Positions 39,150 to 48,020 of a DNA stretch of 64,000 nt are shown piece by piece (the first letter of the stretch is position 1; each line of letters begins with the position of its first letter). The position numbers and the translations under genes are program-made. The notes beneath the pieces are model-generated. The model did no database searches, was not told where the DNA came from, and saw only the letters and a list, made by a program, of their open reading frames with translations. The stretch comes from Candidatus Parcubacteria bacterium. Lineage in GTDB: Bacteria > Patescibacteriota > Minisyncoccia > Phycocordibacterales > UBA6065. The stretch spans positions 31,365 through 95,364 of the forward strand of contig JBDKKJ010000002.1 in the NCBI GenBank assembly GCA_039796155.1, read 5' to 3'.

Positions 39150-39491
39150 CTACTTGGAGAAGAAAGTCACGTAAAGATATATGCCTCCAATGAAGATGCC
39201 GATAACAATGAGTGGGAACCAGGTATAAATAGTAGAAACGAGAGGAGATACATTTTTGTGATTCACGTGAGGCGTGGAAGGTATTCCGCTAATAATTTCT
39301 TTTGCTTTATCCACTTGATCTTCTTCCACAAATACAGAGTAACCAACATTTGGTCCTCGTAAGACGGGATGACTTCCAGGGATACTATTATTTCCGGGAG
39401 CTATTGAAGCACCTATACCAGCACTTTCGAGCAAACCCTTTATAACGCTCGCGTCCATTTCGCTTGACGTCGAGGTGATTTTCATTTTCAT
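39150..39491 (-). CDS. small protein with C-terminal TM anchor (hypothetical)
   Basis: 113 aa; soluble N-domain then TM (PLIVIGIFIGGIYLYVTFF). Confidence 0.35.
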   Translation of the reverse strand: MKMKITSTSSEMDASVIKGLLESAGIGASIAPGNNSIPGSHPVLRGPNVGYSVFVEEDQVDKAKEIISGIPSTPHVNHKNVSPLVSTIYTWFPLIVIGIFIGGIYLYVTFFSK

Positions 39492-39492
39492 A

Positions 39493-39567
39493 TGGTGCTC
39501 CTGATAGGAATCGAACCTATATTTCTCCCTTCGCAGGGGAGTGTCCTATCCATTGAACGACAAGAGC
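39493..39567 (-). tRNA. tRNA-Arg (anticodon read as GCG)
   Basis: Manual cloverleaf on minus strand: acceptor gctcttg/caggagc, anticodon stem ctccc/gggag with loop cuGCGaa, T-arm ataggttcgattcctat, encoded CCA. Confidence 0.7.
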
Positions 39568-39618
39568 ATTGCCCTAACTTACACGAAAAACCCCAAAAAT
39601 AAAAGCTTTTAGTCGAAA

Positions 39619-40128
39619 CTAAAACCCGAGTCTCTCAAGGATTGTGTGTAGTGCTCCTTGATCAAATGTGTCCTCTCTAAGATGTTCAGCAAGAAATACC
39701 TGCAGGTCTTCAGAACTCTGTCCTGCGAGTGGAATGGTAACGAGAGGCATGACAACTTTTTTTGACTTAAGAAAGAGGCGGGCTCCTTGAGGGTTTTCAG
39801 TATCAATACCAAATGCATCGAGAGAGTTAAAAGGGTAGAGCATCTTGTCGACACGTATACCCTTGTCTGTAATTTCTACTTTTAACGTATTTGGTTTTCG
39901 TAGGGTAAAGAGGGTGAGGCTAAAGACGCCAATCGCAAGAACGATTGCAAAGAGGAAATTACCAAAAATCATAGAGGTAATGACGAGAGCACCTGTTATA
40001 ATACCAACGGTCCAGTACCAATCAGAGGTCTTTGGAGCGTGAATGTATTCAGGTGTCTGCCATGAAAAAGTTTTCATGGACATCAGTATACCATTAGCTT
40101 TTTGCGAAAGCCTTTGATGTTTTTCCAA
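39619..40128 (-). CDS. membrane protein, hypothetical
   Basis: 169 aa, two TM segments near N-terminus. Confidence 0.4.
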   Translation of the reverse strand: MEKHQRLSQKANGILMSMKTFSWQTPEYIHAPKTSDWYWTVGIITGALVITSMIFGNFLFAIVLAIGVFSLTLFTLRKPNTLKVEITDKGIRVDKMLYPFNSLDAFGIDTENPQGARLFLKSKKVVMPLVTIPLAGQSSEDLQVFLAEHLREDTFDQGALHTILERLGF

Positions 40129-40151
40129 CTTTAGTGTACTTTATAACCCAC

Positions 40152-40238
40152 GGATGGGTGCCAGAGTGGTCTAATGGAACAGTCTTGAAAACTGTCGCCT
40201 TCGAAAGGGGGCCGTGAGTTCGAATCTCACCCCATCCG
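40152..40238 (+). tRNA. tRNA-Ser (anticodon TGA)
   Basis: Acceptor ggatggg/cccatcc, anticodon loop cuUGAaa, long variable arm, T-arm gtgagttcgaatctcac; 87 nt. Confidence 0.8.
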
Positions 40239-40242
40239 CACA

Positions 40243-40644
40243 ATGCGTCTTCTTGGAATTGATTACGGTAAAAAAAGAGTGGGAGTAGCTCTCACCGATG
40301 ATAAAGGCCTCATGGCATTTCCAAAGGCTGTTTTGCCGAACGATAATTTTCTCATTAGTGAGCTTCGAGATATGGTTAAGAACCAAGGTGTTTCTTGTAT
40401 TGTAATTGGCGAGTCCAAAGACTTTAAAATGATTGATAATCCAATCATGTCGCAGATAAAGCTGTTTAAAGATCAGCTCGAGCTCGCGACAAAGGTAGAG
40501 GTGCTCTATGAACCAGAAATGCTGTCATCGCATCAAGCGACACATTTCCAAGGAAAGAACGCTATGATAGATGCATCAGCTGCCGCCATTATTCTTCAGA
40601 GCTATATAGACCGTACAATGGAGTCACAGGGTAATCGAACATAA
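40243..40644 (+). CDS. ruvX: putative pre-16S rRNA nuclease / Holliday junction resolvase-like YqgF (RuvX)
   Basis: MRLLGIDYGKKRVGVALTD… signature. Confidence 0.8.
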   Translation: MRLLGIDYGKKRVGVALTDDKGLMAFPKAVLPNDNFLISELRDMVKNQGVSCIVIGESKDFKMIDNPIMSQIKLFKDQLELATKVEVLYEPEMLSSHQATHFQGKNAMIDASAAAIILQSYIDRTMESQGNRT

Positions 40645-40649
40645 AATTT

Positions 40650-41063
40650 ATGATTTCATACGATGATTTTTCAAAGGTAGAGATAAAAGCAGGAAAGATT
40701 CTTTCTGCAGAAAAAATTCCTGAGACTGACAAGCTTTTAAAGCTCTCGGTGGATTTTGGCGTAATTGAAGTTCCTGTAGTGCCGGCGCCGGTAATCGTCC
40801 CTGGCGCAGAAGTCACTGCGGTTGCCCCGGCGCCGGCCGAACCACGACGTGATATTCGCCAAATTGTTTCAGGTATCTCAATGTACTTTCCTGAGCCTGC
40901 AACTTTGATAGGGAAGACATGTATGTTTGTTACCAACCTTGAACCACGAAAGATAAAAGGCTACGAATCAAATGGAATGCTTTTTGCGCTTTCTACTAAA
41001 GACGGAAAGTTTTCACTTCTTGAACCAAACAAAGACATTCCAGAGGGAACAAGAGCGTATTAG
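40650..41063 (+). CDS. tRNA-binding protein (EMAP/Myf domain, CsaA/Trbp111-like) with Pro/Ala/Val-rich insertion
   Basis: …KVEIKAGKILSAEKIPETDKLLKLSVDFG… and …KGYESNGMLFA… OB-fold tRNA-binding motifs interrupted by VPVVPAPVIVPGAEVTAVAPAPAEP. Confidence 0.65.
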   Translation: MISYDDFSKVEIKAGKILSAEKIPETDKLLKLSVDFGVIEVPVVPAPVIVPGAEVTAVAPAPAEPRRDIRQIVSGISMYFPEPATLIGKTCMFVTNLEPRKIKGYESNGMLFALSTKDGKFSLLEPNKDIPEGTRAY

Positions 41064-41159
41064 GCGCGCGACAAAAGCGGCTTGCTTTTTCCTAATAATC
41101 ATGTACTATATGCCTACCAAGCCCCTCGGGGCTGCTTTTATTAAGAAAAATTCCAATAT

Positions 41160-41345
41160 ATGAAATTAGGAGAATATCTAAAGGAAACACGGAACGAAAT
41201 GAAGCACATGAACTGGCCTTCAAAGAGCCAGGCTATGAATTACACATTCCTAGTAATCGGTCTCTCAGTTGTTACCGCTCTTGTCCTCGCTCTCGCTGAC
41301 TACGTTTTTTCTCTCGGTATCGAAAAGTTCATTCTTAATAACTAA
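41160..41345 (+). CDS. secE: preprotein translocase subunit SecE
   Basis: 61 aa, single C-terminal TM; upstream of nusG. Confidence 0.75.
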   Translation: MKLGEYLKETRNEMKHMNWPSKSQAMNYTFLVIGLSVVTALVLALADYVFSLGIEKFILNN

Positions 41346-41362
41346 CCTCTACTTTATTTACT

Positions 41363-41908
41363 ATGTCTAAACAGCAAACAGGCGGAGAGCGACACTGGTA
41401 CGCGATCCACACATACGCAGGATACGAAAATGCAGTTGCTCGAAATCTTCGACAGCGCATCGACTCTCTCAACATGCAGGACAAAATCTTTAATGTTCTC
41501 GTCCCTACAGAAACAAAGATAAAGGTGAAGGGAGGTAAGCGTGTTGAAGAAGAAGAAAAGATCTTCCCTGGATATATTCTTGTAGAGATGGTTGTGAGTG
41601 ATGAATCATGGTTCGTGGTTCGAAACACTCCTCGTGTTACAGGATTCGTTGGTTCAGGTGTTCACCCAGTTCCTCTCAATCAGAAAGAAATTGATCAGCT
41701 CATGGGACGAATGGATCAGACTACTGTTAAGCACACTATTGATCTCGCTCTCGATGATGCAGTCAAGATTGCAGACGGCCCATTCAAGGACATGGAAGGT
41801 AAAGTTTCAGAAGTTGATAGCGAGAGAGGTAAGGTAAAGGTGTTGGTAGCAATGTTCGGTCGCGAAACTCCTGTCGAACTCGATTTCTTGCAAGTTAAGA
41901 AGCTTTAA
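41363..41908 (+). CDS. nusG: transcription termination/antitermination protein NusG
   Basis: NGN domain (HWYAIHTYAGYEN) and KOW motif; 181 aa. Confidence 0.85.
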   Translation: MSKQQTGGERHWYAIHTYAGYENAVARNLRQRIDSLNMQDKIFNVLVPTETKIKVKGGKRVEEEEKIFPGYILVEMVVSDESWFVVRNTPRVTGFVGSGVHPVPLNQKEIDQLMGRMDQTTVKHTIDLALDDAVKIADGPFKDMEGKVSEVDSERGKVKVLVAMFGRETPVELDFLQVKKL

Positions 41909-41925
41909 TATAATCTACAAATACT

Positions 41926-42348
41926 ATGGCAAAGAAAGTAACAAAAATGCTCAAGCTTCAGATTCCAGGCGGTAAAGCCGTTCCTGGACAGGCTTTGGGA
42001 CCAGCACTCGGTTCTGCAGGTATTAACATTGGTGAATTCGTAAAGCGTTTCAACAGTGAAACAGCAACTCGAGTGGGTGAGATTGTTCCAACAATCATCG
42101 AAGTGTTCGATGATCGAAGCTACAAGATGACCTACAAGACCGAACCAGCATCAAAGATGATTCTCAAGGTTTTAGGTAAAGAATTAGGTTCAGGTAAGCC
42201 AAATACCGTAAAGGTAGGTACTCTTACAAAAGCTCAGGTAAAGACAATCGCAGAAAAGAAACTTCCTGACTTGAACACAACAGAGATTACCGCAGCAATG
42301 AAAATGATAGAGGGGACTGCCCGAAACATGGGAGTTGAGGTAAAATAA
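41926..42348 (+). CDS. rplK: 50S ribosomal protein L11
   Basis: …KLQIPGGKAVPGQALGPALGSAGIN… signature; 140 aa. Confidence 0.9.
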   Translation: MAKKVTKMLKLQIPGGKAVPGQALGPALGSAGINIGEFVKRFNSETATRVGEIVPTIIEVFDDRSYKMTYKTEPASKMILKVLGKELGSGKPNTVKVGTLTKAQVKTIAEKKLPDLNTTEITAAMKMIEGTARNMGVEVK

Positions 42349-42354
42349 ACAACA

Positions 42355-42384
42355 GAGCAAAACCCGCACGTGTGCGGGTTTTGC
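42355..42384 (+). terminator. rho-independent terminator after rplK
   Basis: Hairpin aacccgcacgtgtgcgggtt plus T-run. Confidence 0.65.
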
Positions 42385-42449
42385 ATTTGTAGTCATTTCA
42401 AGTAGTATCGAACCATAATTCCTCAACCACAACCTACGCTCCTCCAACG

Positions 42450-42926
42450 ATGAGTAATGAAAAGTATTGTGTTCACTTTGGTTATAAACTGATCAACGCT
42501 ACGCTGGCGTTTTTAAAGAAAATGGCTGAACTGAAAATGTTTCTCAAAAGCCAATTGCCTGAATGCGAGTTTCTGGAAATCTTGGAAGTTGTAGACGTCA
42601 CCGCAGGTGACGTCTACAAGAAAAACATAAGTGAAAACGTAGCGATCTGTGATCTCTTTATCGTATTTATCGACGAAGAGTCTACGGGTGCGGGTATTGA
42701 GTTTGGCGCTGCTCTCTACGGCTACGGTAAACCAGTCTTGGTTCTCGCCACTGAAGGCTTGAAAGTGTCTTGGTTGTGCCTCGGCGCAGAAGAGCACCAT
42801 TCAGAGCAGATCATGGTTTCGCGAGTTGTCAGTCCCATAAGTGTGGTGATAGCTATTCGCGAAGCAATCAAAGCCTTTAAGCTTGATACCGAAAATCCTG
42901 CAAGATTTCAAGGCCGTTATACCTAG
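42450..42926 (+). CDS. hypothetical protein (weak resemblance to nucleoside 2-deoxyribosyltransferase-like fold)
   Basis: 158 aa; …DLFIVFIDEESTGAGIEFGAALYGYGKPVLVLA… pattern only. Confidence 0.3.
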   Translation: MSNEKYCVHFGYKLINATLAFLKKMAELKMFLKSQLPECEFLEILEVVDVTAGDVYKKNISENVAICDLFIVFIDEESTGAGIEFGAALYGYGKPVLVLATEGLKVSWLCLGAEEHHSEQIMVSRVVSPISVVIAIREAIKAFKLDTENPARFQGRYT

Positions 42927-43009
42927 GGCTGATCAGAACCTCGCTCCGCGCTTTGCGCGGGGCTTTTTTATGCCGTGGACATCTTTTCTTAAAGGAATAT
43001 ACTTTCGAT

Positions 43010-43540
43010 ATGCCAAAACACATTCCAAAAAAAGAAACTGTTCCGCACCTTGCGAACCCGCACATCCGCCCGTCGTGGGATGAATACTTTACCAAAATCT
43101 CAGAAGTGGTGGGGGAACGAGCGACCTGTGATCGTGGACGTTCTGGGTGTGTGATTGTTAAAGATAAAAGAATCCTTGTAACAGGATACGTTGGTGCTCC
43201 GGCTGGTGTAAAACACTGTGATGAAATGGGTCATGAAATGCATACGGTTGTTCAAGAAGATGGCACACAGTCGAAGCACTGCATCCGTACAACTCACGCT
43301 GAACAAAACGCTATAGCCAACGCAGCTCGAGAGGGTGTACCGGTAAACGGAGCAACTCTGTATTGCCATATGACACCGTGCTATACCTGTGCAAAGATTC
43401 TCATCAATTCAGGTATTACCCGAGTGGTTTCAGCAAAGGACTACCACGCATCAAAGCGCAGTAAAGAAGTTTTCAAAGAAGCTGGTGTGGCTCTCGATAT
43501 ATTAAATTCTGAAGTAGAGACGTATAAGAATATGAAATAA
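43010..43540 (+). CDS. dCMP deaminase (CMP/dCMP deaminase zinc-binding family)
   Basis: HAEQNAI…PCYTCAK zinc-binding motifs; internal ATG (MPKHIPKK) preferred over 42953. Confidence 0.75.
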   Translation: MPKHIPKKETVPHLANPHIRPSWDEYFTKISEVVGERATCDRGRSGCVIVKDKRILVTGYVGAPAGVKHCDEMGHEMHTVVQEDGTQSKHCIRTTHAEQNAIANAAREGVPVNGATLYCHMTPCYTCAKILINSGITRVVSAKDYHASKRSKEVFKEAGVALDILNSEVETYKNMK

Positions 43541-43553
43541 AAAAGCCACCTCT

Positions 43554-44042
43554 TTAAGAAGGGGTGGCGGGTTGAAGTGTGAGTGCGAGTTCGTCTTGCA
43601 CTTCGCGCGGAGTGACGTCGGCGAGGGCGGCTTCAATCGCAGGCTTCATATCGTCGAAGTCGTTAAACGGCATGATGTTGGCGCCAACTTTTTTGAGGCA
43701 GTCAGACGCGTAACGGCTGACCCTGACGCCTTGTTTTGCGAAAGCGACGACCGCTTTACCCGAGCGCTCGACACGATTGACCACTTCACCACCACGGCCA
43801 TCTGAGCCTTCGTTGGTGAGATAGAGTGCGATCATGAGATCGGACCCCAAAACTTTTTCGGTGTCGAATTCGTAGATATCGGCGACGGGCTCCGGTGTCC
43901 AAGTTTCCGTGTTGAAAGCCCAACGGAGAAGGGTAATGTCGAATGTTGTTTCGAGCCAGGAGAGAAATCTCCTGACGGCATCTTTTTCCTCGTCCGTGCG
44001 GACGTGACTAAGCGAGAGTGCAACGTAGACGGTTGGTTTCAT
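43554..44042 (-). CDS. GC-rich hypothetical protein (probable horizontally acquired gene)
   Basis: 162-aa ORF with conspicuously higher GC (~55% by eye) than flanking ~40% genes. Confidence 0.4.
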   Translation of the reverse strand: MKPTVYVALSLSHVRTDEEKDAVRRFLSWLETTFDITLLRWAFNTETWTPEPVADIYEFDTEKVLGSDLMIALYLTNEGSDGRGGEVVNRVERSGKAVVAFAKQGVRVSRYASDCLKKVGANIMPFNDFDDMKPAIEAALADVTPREVQDELALTLQPATPS

Positions 44043-44147
44043 CTTTGAATCCTCTTTGTTTGGTTTACTGTTTCTATAAAAATGTATATGAGTTCGTGGG
44101 GTGAGTCAATAAAAAATCTCGAGTATGACTCGAGATTTTTTATATGT

Positions 44148-45437
44148 CTAATTCTTTTTTACTATATCCTGCGCTCCTCGTTTGATATTCCATGTACCAG
44201 GGCTTGTATCATGGTGCATTGCGATACCAGGAACTGATTTTTTAATAGCATCACCCATACGCTGTGCTTCGATGCGAAGTGTCGGGTGAACAGTGTCTGA
44301 TGACCTCAATTCTGCGATATACACCGCTGAAGGGAGGGAACACGACATCTTTACAGTTACGGTATAACCCATGGCTGTATAGTACTGTTTTACTTCTTTA
44401 GGGGCCTTTAGCTTTGCGATGCGGGCCTTCTGAGCTTTAAGTACAGCAAGAGCTTCTTTTTTAAGCTCAGGTGTGAGCTGTTCGAGGTACCAAGGGTGGA
44501 AACCATGCTTGGTTGTGAGAAGTGGCATTTCCTGAATAGCACTGCGCTGTCGCTGAAGGTCACGGTACGAGCCAAAGTCGAGAGGGAATGAGAACACCAT
44601 GTCACCGTACTGGCGGAATCGCTGATGGAGTTCTGCTTTTGGTGGGCGGCTCGAAAGAAGTTTTTTGTGTTTCTTGAGTCCCGCGATGTCGAGTCGACCT
44701 TTGTAGGTAAATTTCTTTATTGAAGCATCATCAAAGTATGCAAACTCTTTGATTGATTTCTCAACGTAAGCTTCTTCAACAGGATATTCCTTGTGAAGAA
44801 AGCTTGATGAATATTTTGCCTGAAGTGATTTCATAATTTCACCTGCGGTGTCGCGTGCTTCAGCGAGAGGGTGGTGGCGCATTTCTTTGAGATGGTCAGC
44901 AGCCTGACGGAGGTTTGTGTGCCAGCTTGCGAATGTGGTTGCTCCTGCTGGGAGGAATCCGCGAGCAATATCAAAAGCGCGAGCTTTGATGGCTTTTTCG
45001 TATACCTTTTCATTGTCCCCGTCTTTCATAGGGAAGCGAACCTTGAGGCTTGGTACAAGCGCGTCAAGAATGTGTGTATAAAATCGCATCCATTCATCCT
45101 GAATTGTTTTACCTTCAGTAGATCTGAGGGGATTGAGCACTTCTTGCTTTGACATATCGAGGTAGCGAGTAGAAGCTTCCTGTCCGTTGTAGAGCGCCCA
45201 GTCTTGAACTGCTTTAGCAACGAGCATACTGACGTTTTCCACAAAGATAGAAGTGGTTCCACAATCTCCGATAGATTTGTGACCGTAGCCGACATAGTAC
45301 GAAGCCATAAATTTTTCTGCTCCGGATTTTCGGACAACTTCGAGGTGCTCTGTTACTGACTTTGGACTTCGTGAATAAAGGGCCTGAAGCATTGCATTTG
45401 CCTCAGGAGCTATGTCGTCAACGATTATGATTTTCAT
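44148..45437 (-). CDS. ThyX-like (flavin-dependent thymidylate synthase family) protein, divergent
   Basis: 429 aa; segment VAKAVQDWALYNGQEASTRYL aligns by eye to ThyX '…[20 protein letters not shown]' but with DWA replacing RHR; sits in a dCMP deaminase-glyA-tmk-dut cluster. Confidence 0.35.
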   Translation of the reverse strand: MKIIIVDDIAPEANAMLQALYSRSPKSVTEHLEVVRKSGAEKFMASYYVGYGHKSIGDCGTTSIFVENVSMLVAKAVQDWALYNGQEASTRYLDMSKQEVLNPLRSTEGKTIQDEWMRFYTHILDALVPSLKVRFPMKDGDNEKVYEKAIKARAFDIARGFLPAGATTFASWHTNLRQAADHLKEMRHHPLAEARDTAGEIMKSLQAKYSSSFLHKEYPVEEAYVEKSIKEFAYFDDASIKKFTYKGRLDIAGLKKHKKLLSSRPPKAELHQRFRQYGDMVFSFPLDFGSYRDLQRQRSAIQEMPLLTTKHGFHPWYLEQLTPELKKEALAVLKAQKARIAKLKAPKEVKQYYTAMGYTVTVKMSCSLPSAVYIAELRSSDTVHPTLRIEAQRMGDAIKKSVPGIAMHHDTSPGTWNIKRGAQDIVKKN

Positions 45438-45571
45438 AAAGTTATTGTATATCGCGGTGGGAAAAGAAAAAAGCAGTTTACTTTTTTAAGACACGCTATC
45501 GGCATATAGACAATAATGCTCTAAAAAAGACCGCATGCTATAGTTTTTTAGACCAATTAATCTCTATACCC

Positions 45572-46747
45572 ATGAAAGACAAACAGATCGAAAAATTGAT
45601 TAAAGCAGAGAAGGCCCGACAGAAGAGTGTGGTGAACCTTATTGCCTCTGAAAACTATGTTTCTCAAGATGTCCTCGATGCTCTCGGTTCAGAACTTACC
45701 AACAAGTATGCAGAAGGATATTCAGGTAAACGATACTATGGTGGAAATGTTGTTATTGATAAAGTAGAAGATCTCGCGGGGGAACGAGCACTCAAACTTT
45801 TTGGTCTCAAACCAACCGAGTGGCATGTAAACACTCAGGCTCTTTCTGGCTCACCAGCAAACTTCGCTGTCTATGTGGGTCTTTTGGAAAAAGGCGACAA
45901 GGTGATGGGTATGTCGCTTGATCATGGTGGACACCTTACTCACGGACACAAAGTGTCTGCTACAGGAAAGTTTTTCACACAGGTTCCATTCGGAGTTTCA
46001 AAAGATACTGAAGTTTTGGATTACGATAATCTCCTTGATATCGCTCTTCGCGAAAAGCCAAAAATGATTATTGCCGGATTCACAGCATATCCTCGAGTAA
46101 TTGATTGGAAAAAGTTTAAAGAAATTGCTGAGGCGTGTGGGGCATACCTCATGGTTGATATGTCGCACATTTCTGGGCTCGTTGCGGGTGGGGTATATCC
46201 ATCACCGTTTCCATATGCTGATATTGTGACCACAACAACTCACAAAACTCTCCGAGGTCCTCGAGGCGCTCTCATTTTTTCTCGCATTGATGCTCGCGAA
46301 TTGTATAAAAAGATTGATAAAGCGGTATTTCCTGGTCTTCAGGGTGGTCCACACATGAATCAGACAGCGGCTATTGCTGTAGCTCTTAAAGAAGCAGTGA
46401 CTCCTGCCTTTAAAAAATATGCAAAACAGATTGTAAAAAATGCTGCTGCTCTCGCTCACGAACTTTCAAAACTCGGTTGGAGAATCATTTCAGGAGGTAC
46501 CGATAGTCACCTCATCCTTGTTGATGTGTGGATGGATGGCAAAGGTATGGGTGGTAAAGAAGCTAATGACAAACTTGAAGCAGCAGGAATCATTGTGAAT
46601 AAGAATGGAATTCCGTACGACACTCGTTCTCCAATTGATCCATCAGGAATCAGACTTGGTACAGCGGGGGAGACAACACGCGGACGTAAAGAAAAGGATA
46701 TGGTGGCACTCGCACGCAAGATTGATAAGGTGCTTCGCAAAAAATAA
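45572..46747 (+). CDS. glyA: serine hydroxymethyltransferase
   Basis: …LIASENYVSQDVLDALGSELTNKYAEGYSGKRYYGG… and PLP-lysine region TTTTHKTLRGPRG. Confidence 0.85.
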   Translation: MKDKQIEKLIKAEKARQKSVVNLIASENYVSQDVLDALGSELTNKYAEGYSGKRYYGGNVVIDKVEDLAGERALKLFGLKPTEWHVNTQALSGSPANFAVYVGLLEKGDKVMGMSLDHGGHLTHGHKVSATGKFFTQVPFGVSKDTEVLDYDNLLDIALREKPKMIIAGFTAYPRVIDWKKFKEIAEACGAYLMVDMSHISGLVAGGVYPSPFPYADIVTTTTHKTLRGPRGALIFSRIDARELYKKIDKAVFPGLQGGPHMNQTAAIAVALKEAVTPAFKKYAKQIVKNAAALAHELSKLGWRIISGGTDSHLILVDVWMDGKGMGGKEANDKLEAAGIIVNKNGIPYDTRSPIDPSGIRLGTAGETTRGRKEKDMVALARKIDKVLRKK

Positions 46748-46774
46748 TTACGGGATATACTCAGTACGGATATT

Positions 46775-47488
46775 ATGAAAACACTTCTCCAAACAATCTT
46801 CGCGTTATTCTCTAAGAAGAGGAAGAAAGGTGTTTTGATAGTCGTTGATGGTGGTGATGGTTCTGGTAAAGCAACACAAACAAAGCTTCTGCTCGAGAGG
46901 ATTGCTCGTATGCGCAAAGCACAGACGACTGATTTTCCAAGGTATAACACAAACCACCTTGGAGGACTTATTCGTGAATGTCTTGATGGCAAGCGAGGCA
47001 ACTTCATTGCTCTCGATTCACGAATCGCTTCTGTGCTCTATGCAGCCGATCGTTTTGAAACACTTCCGATGATTCGAAAGTGGCTCGAAGAGGGCAATGT
47101 TGTGATACTCGATCGTTATGTGAGCGCTAACCAGATTCATCAGGGTGGCAAGATTCAGGATCCGGAAGCTCGCCAAGAATTTCTCTCATGGCTCGACAAG
47201 CTTGAGTTTGAAATTTTTGGTCTGCCTCGTCCTGACATCATTGTGTATCTTCACGTGCCGGTAGAAATTTCGGTTGAATTAGCACGAGCGCGTGCGGCCG
47301 AAAAGGGTCAGGCGCCTGACAGTGCCGAAAAAGATACACGACATCAGCTCGAATCTCAGCAGAGTGCTCTCGCCATTGTGAAGGGAGCAAATAACTGGGT
47401 AAAAGTTGAGTGCGCACCAGAAGGAAAGCTTCTTTCTCGGGAAGCTATTCACGAAAATATATTCAACGCTATTAAACATTTGATCTAG
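46775..47488 (+). CDS. tmk: thymidylate kinase
   Basis: P-loop VVDGGDGSGKATQ, DRY motif (LDRY), lid region; 237 aa. Confidence 0.8.
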   Translation: MKTLLQTIFALFSKKRKKGVLIVVDGGDGSGKATQTKLLLERIARMRKAQTTDFPRYNTNHLGGLIRECLDGKRGNFIALDSRIASVLYAADRFETLPMIRKWLEEGNVVILDRYVSANQIHQGGKIQDPEARQEFLSWLDKLEFEIFGLPRPDIIVYLHVPVEISVELARARAAEKGQAPDSAEKDTRHQLESQQSALAIVKGANNWVKVECAPEGKLLSREAIHENIFNAIKHLI

Positions 47489-47493
47489 ATTTG

Positions 47494-47522
47494 CCCGCGA
47501 CCTTCAGTCGCGGGCTTTTTTG
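47494..47522 (+). terminator. rho-independent terminator
   Basis: Hairpin gcccgcgaccttcagtcgcgggc plus T6. Confidence 0.6.
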
Positions 47523-47565
47523 TTCGTTCCCTTGTGGATTGAGGCGGTTTCTATATACTGGATAT

Positions 47566-48000
47566 ATGAGAAAGACACTCAAGGTAGTAAGGATTTCTGA
47601 CAAGGTTCCGGCGCCAAGTTTTGGAATAAAAGGTGATGCCGGCTTTGACCTTTTTGTGAGTGAGCGGCTCACTATCGAATCTATGGGCAGAGCTTCTATT
47701 AACACCGGCTACAAAATGGAAATTCCAAAAGGTTGCACGGGTATTATTTACGAAAAAAGCGGGCTTTCTTTCAAACACGGAATTATTACTTATGGAAATG
47801 TTATTGATTCAGGATACCGCGGGGAAGTGCACGTTGGAGTTTTTAATCTCAGCAAAGAGCCTTATACGTTTGAACCGGGTCACAAAGTGGCTCAGATGAT
47901 TATCCACTCATATGAAGATGTGAAGTTTAAGGAGGTAAAGGAAGAAGATTTATCGAAGTCAGATCGGGGAGACAGAGGTTTTGGAAGCACTGGAAAGTAA
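47566..48000 (+). CDS. dut: dUTP diphosphatase
   Basis: GDAGFDL, IDSGYRGE, C-terminal RGDRGFGSTG motifs; start at MRKTLKV preferred (ORF-track start 47491 would run through the terminator). Confidence 0.85.
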   Translation: MRKTLKVVRISDKVPAPSFGIKGDAGFDLFVSERLTIESMGRASINTGYKMEIPKGCTGIIYEKSGLSFKHGIITYGNVIDSGYRGEVHVGVFNLSKEPYTFEPGHKVAQMIIHSYEDVKFKEVKEEDLSKSDRGDRGFGSTGK

Positions 48001-48020
48001 TTTTCAAACGTATACACATT

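Noticed and set aside
39141-39362. ORF 39141..39362 (+) overlapping the small minus-strand gene
   Set aside because: It begins inside the S20 terminator and is antisense to a better-supported ORF. Likely spurious.
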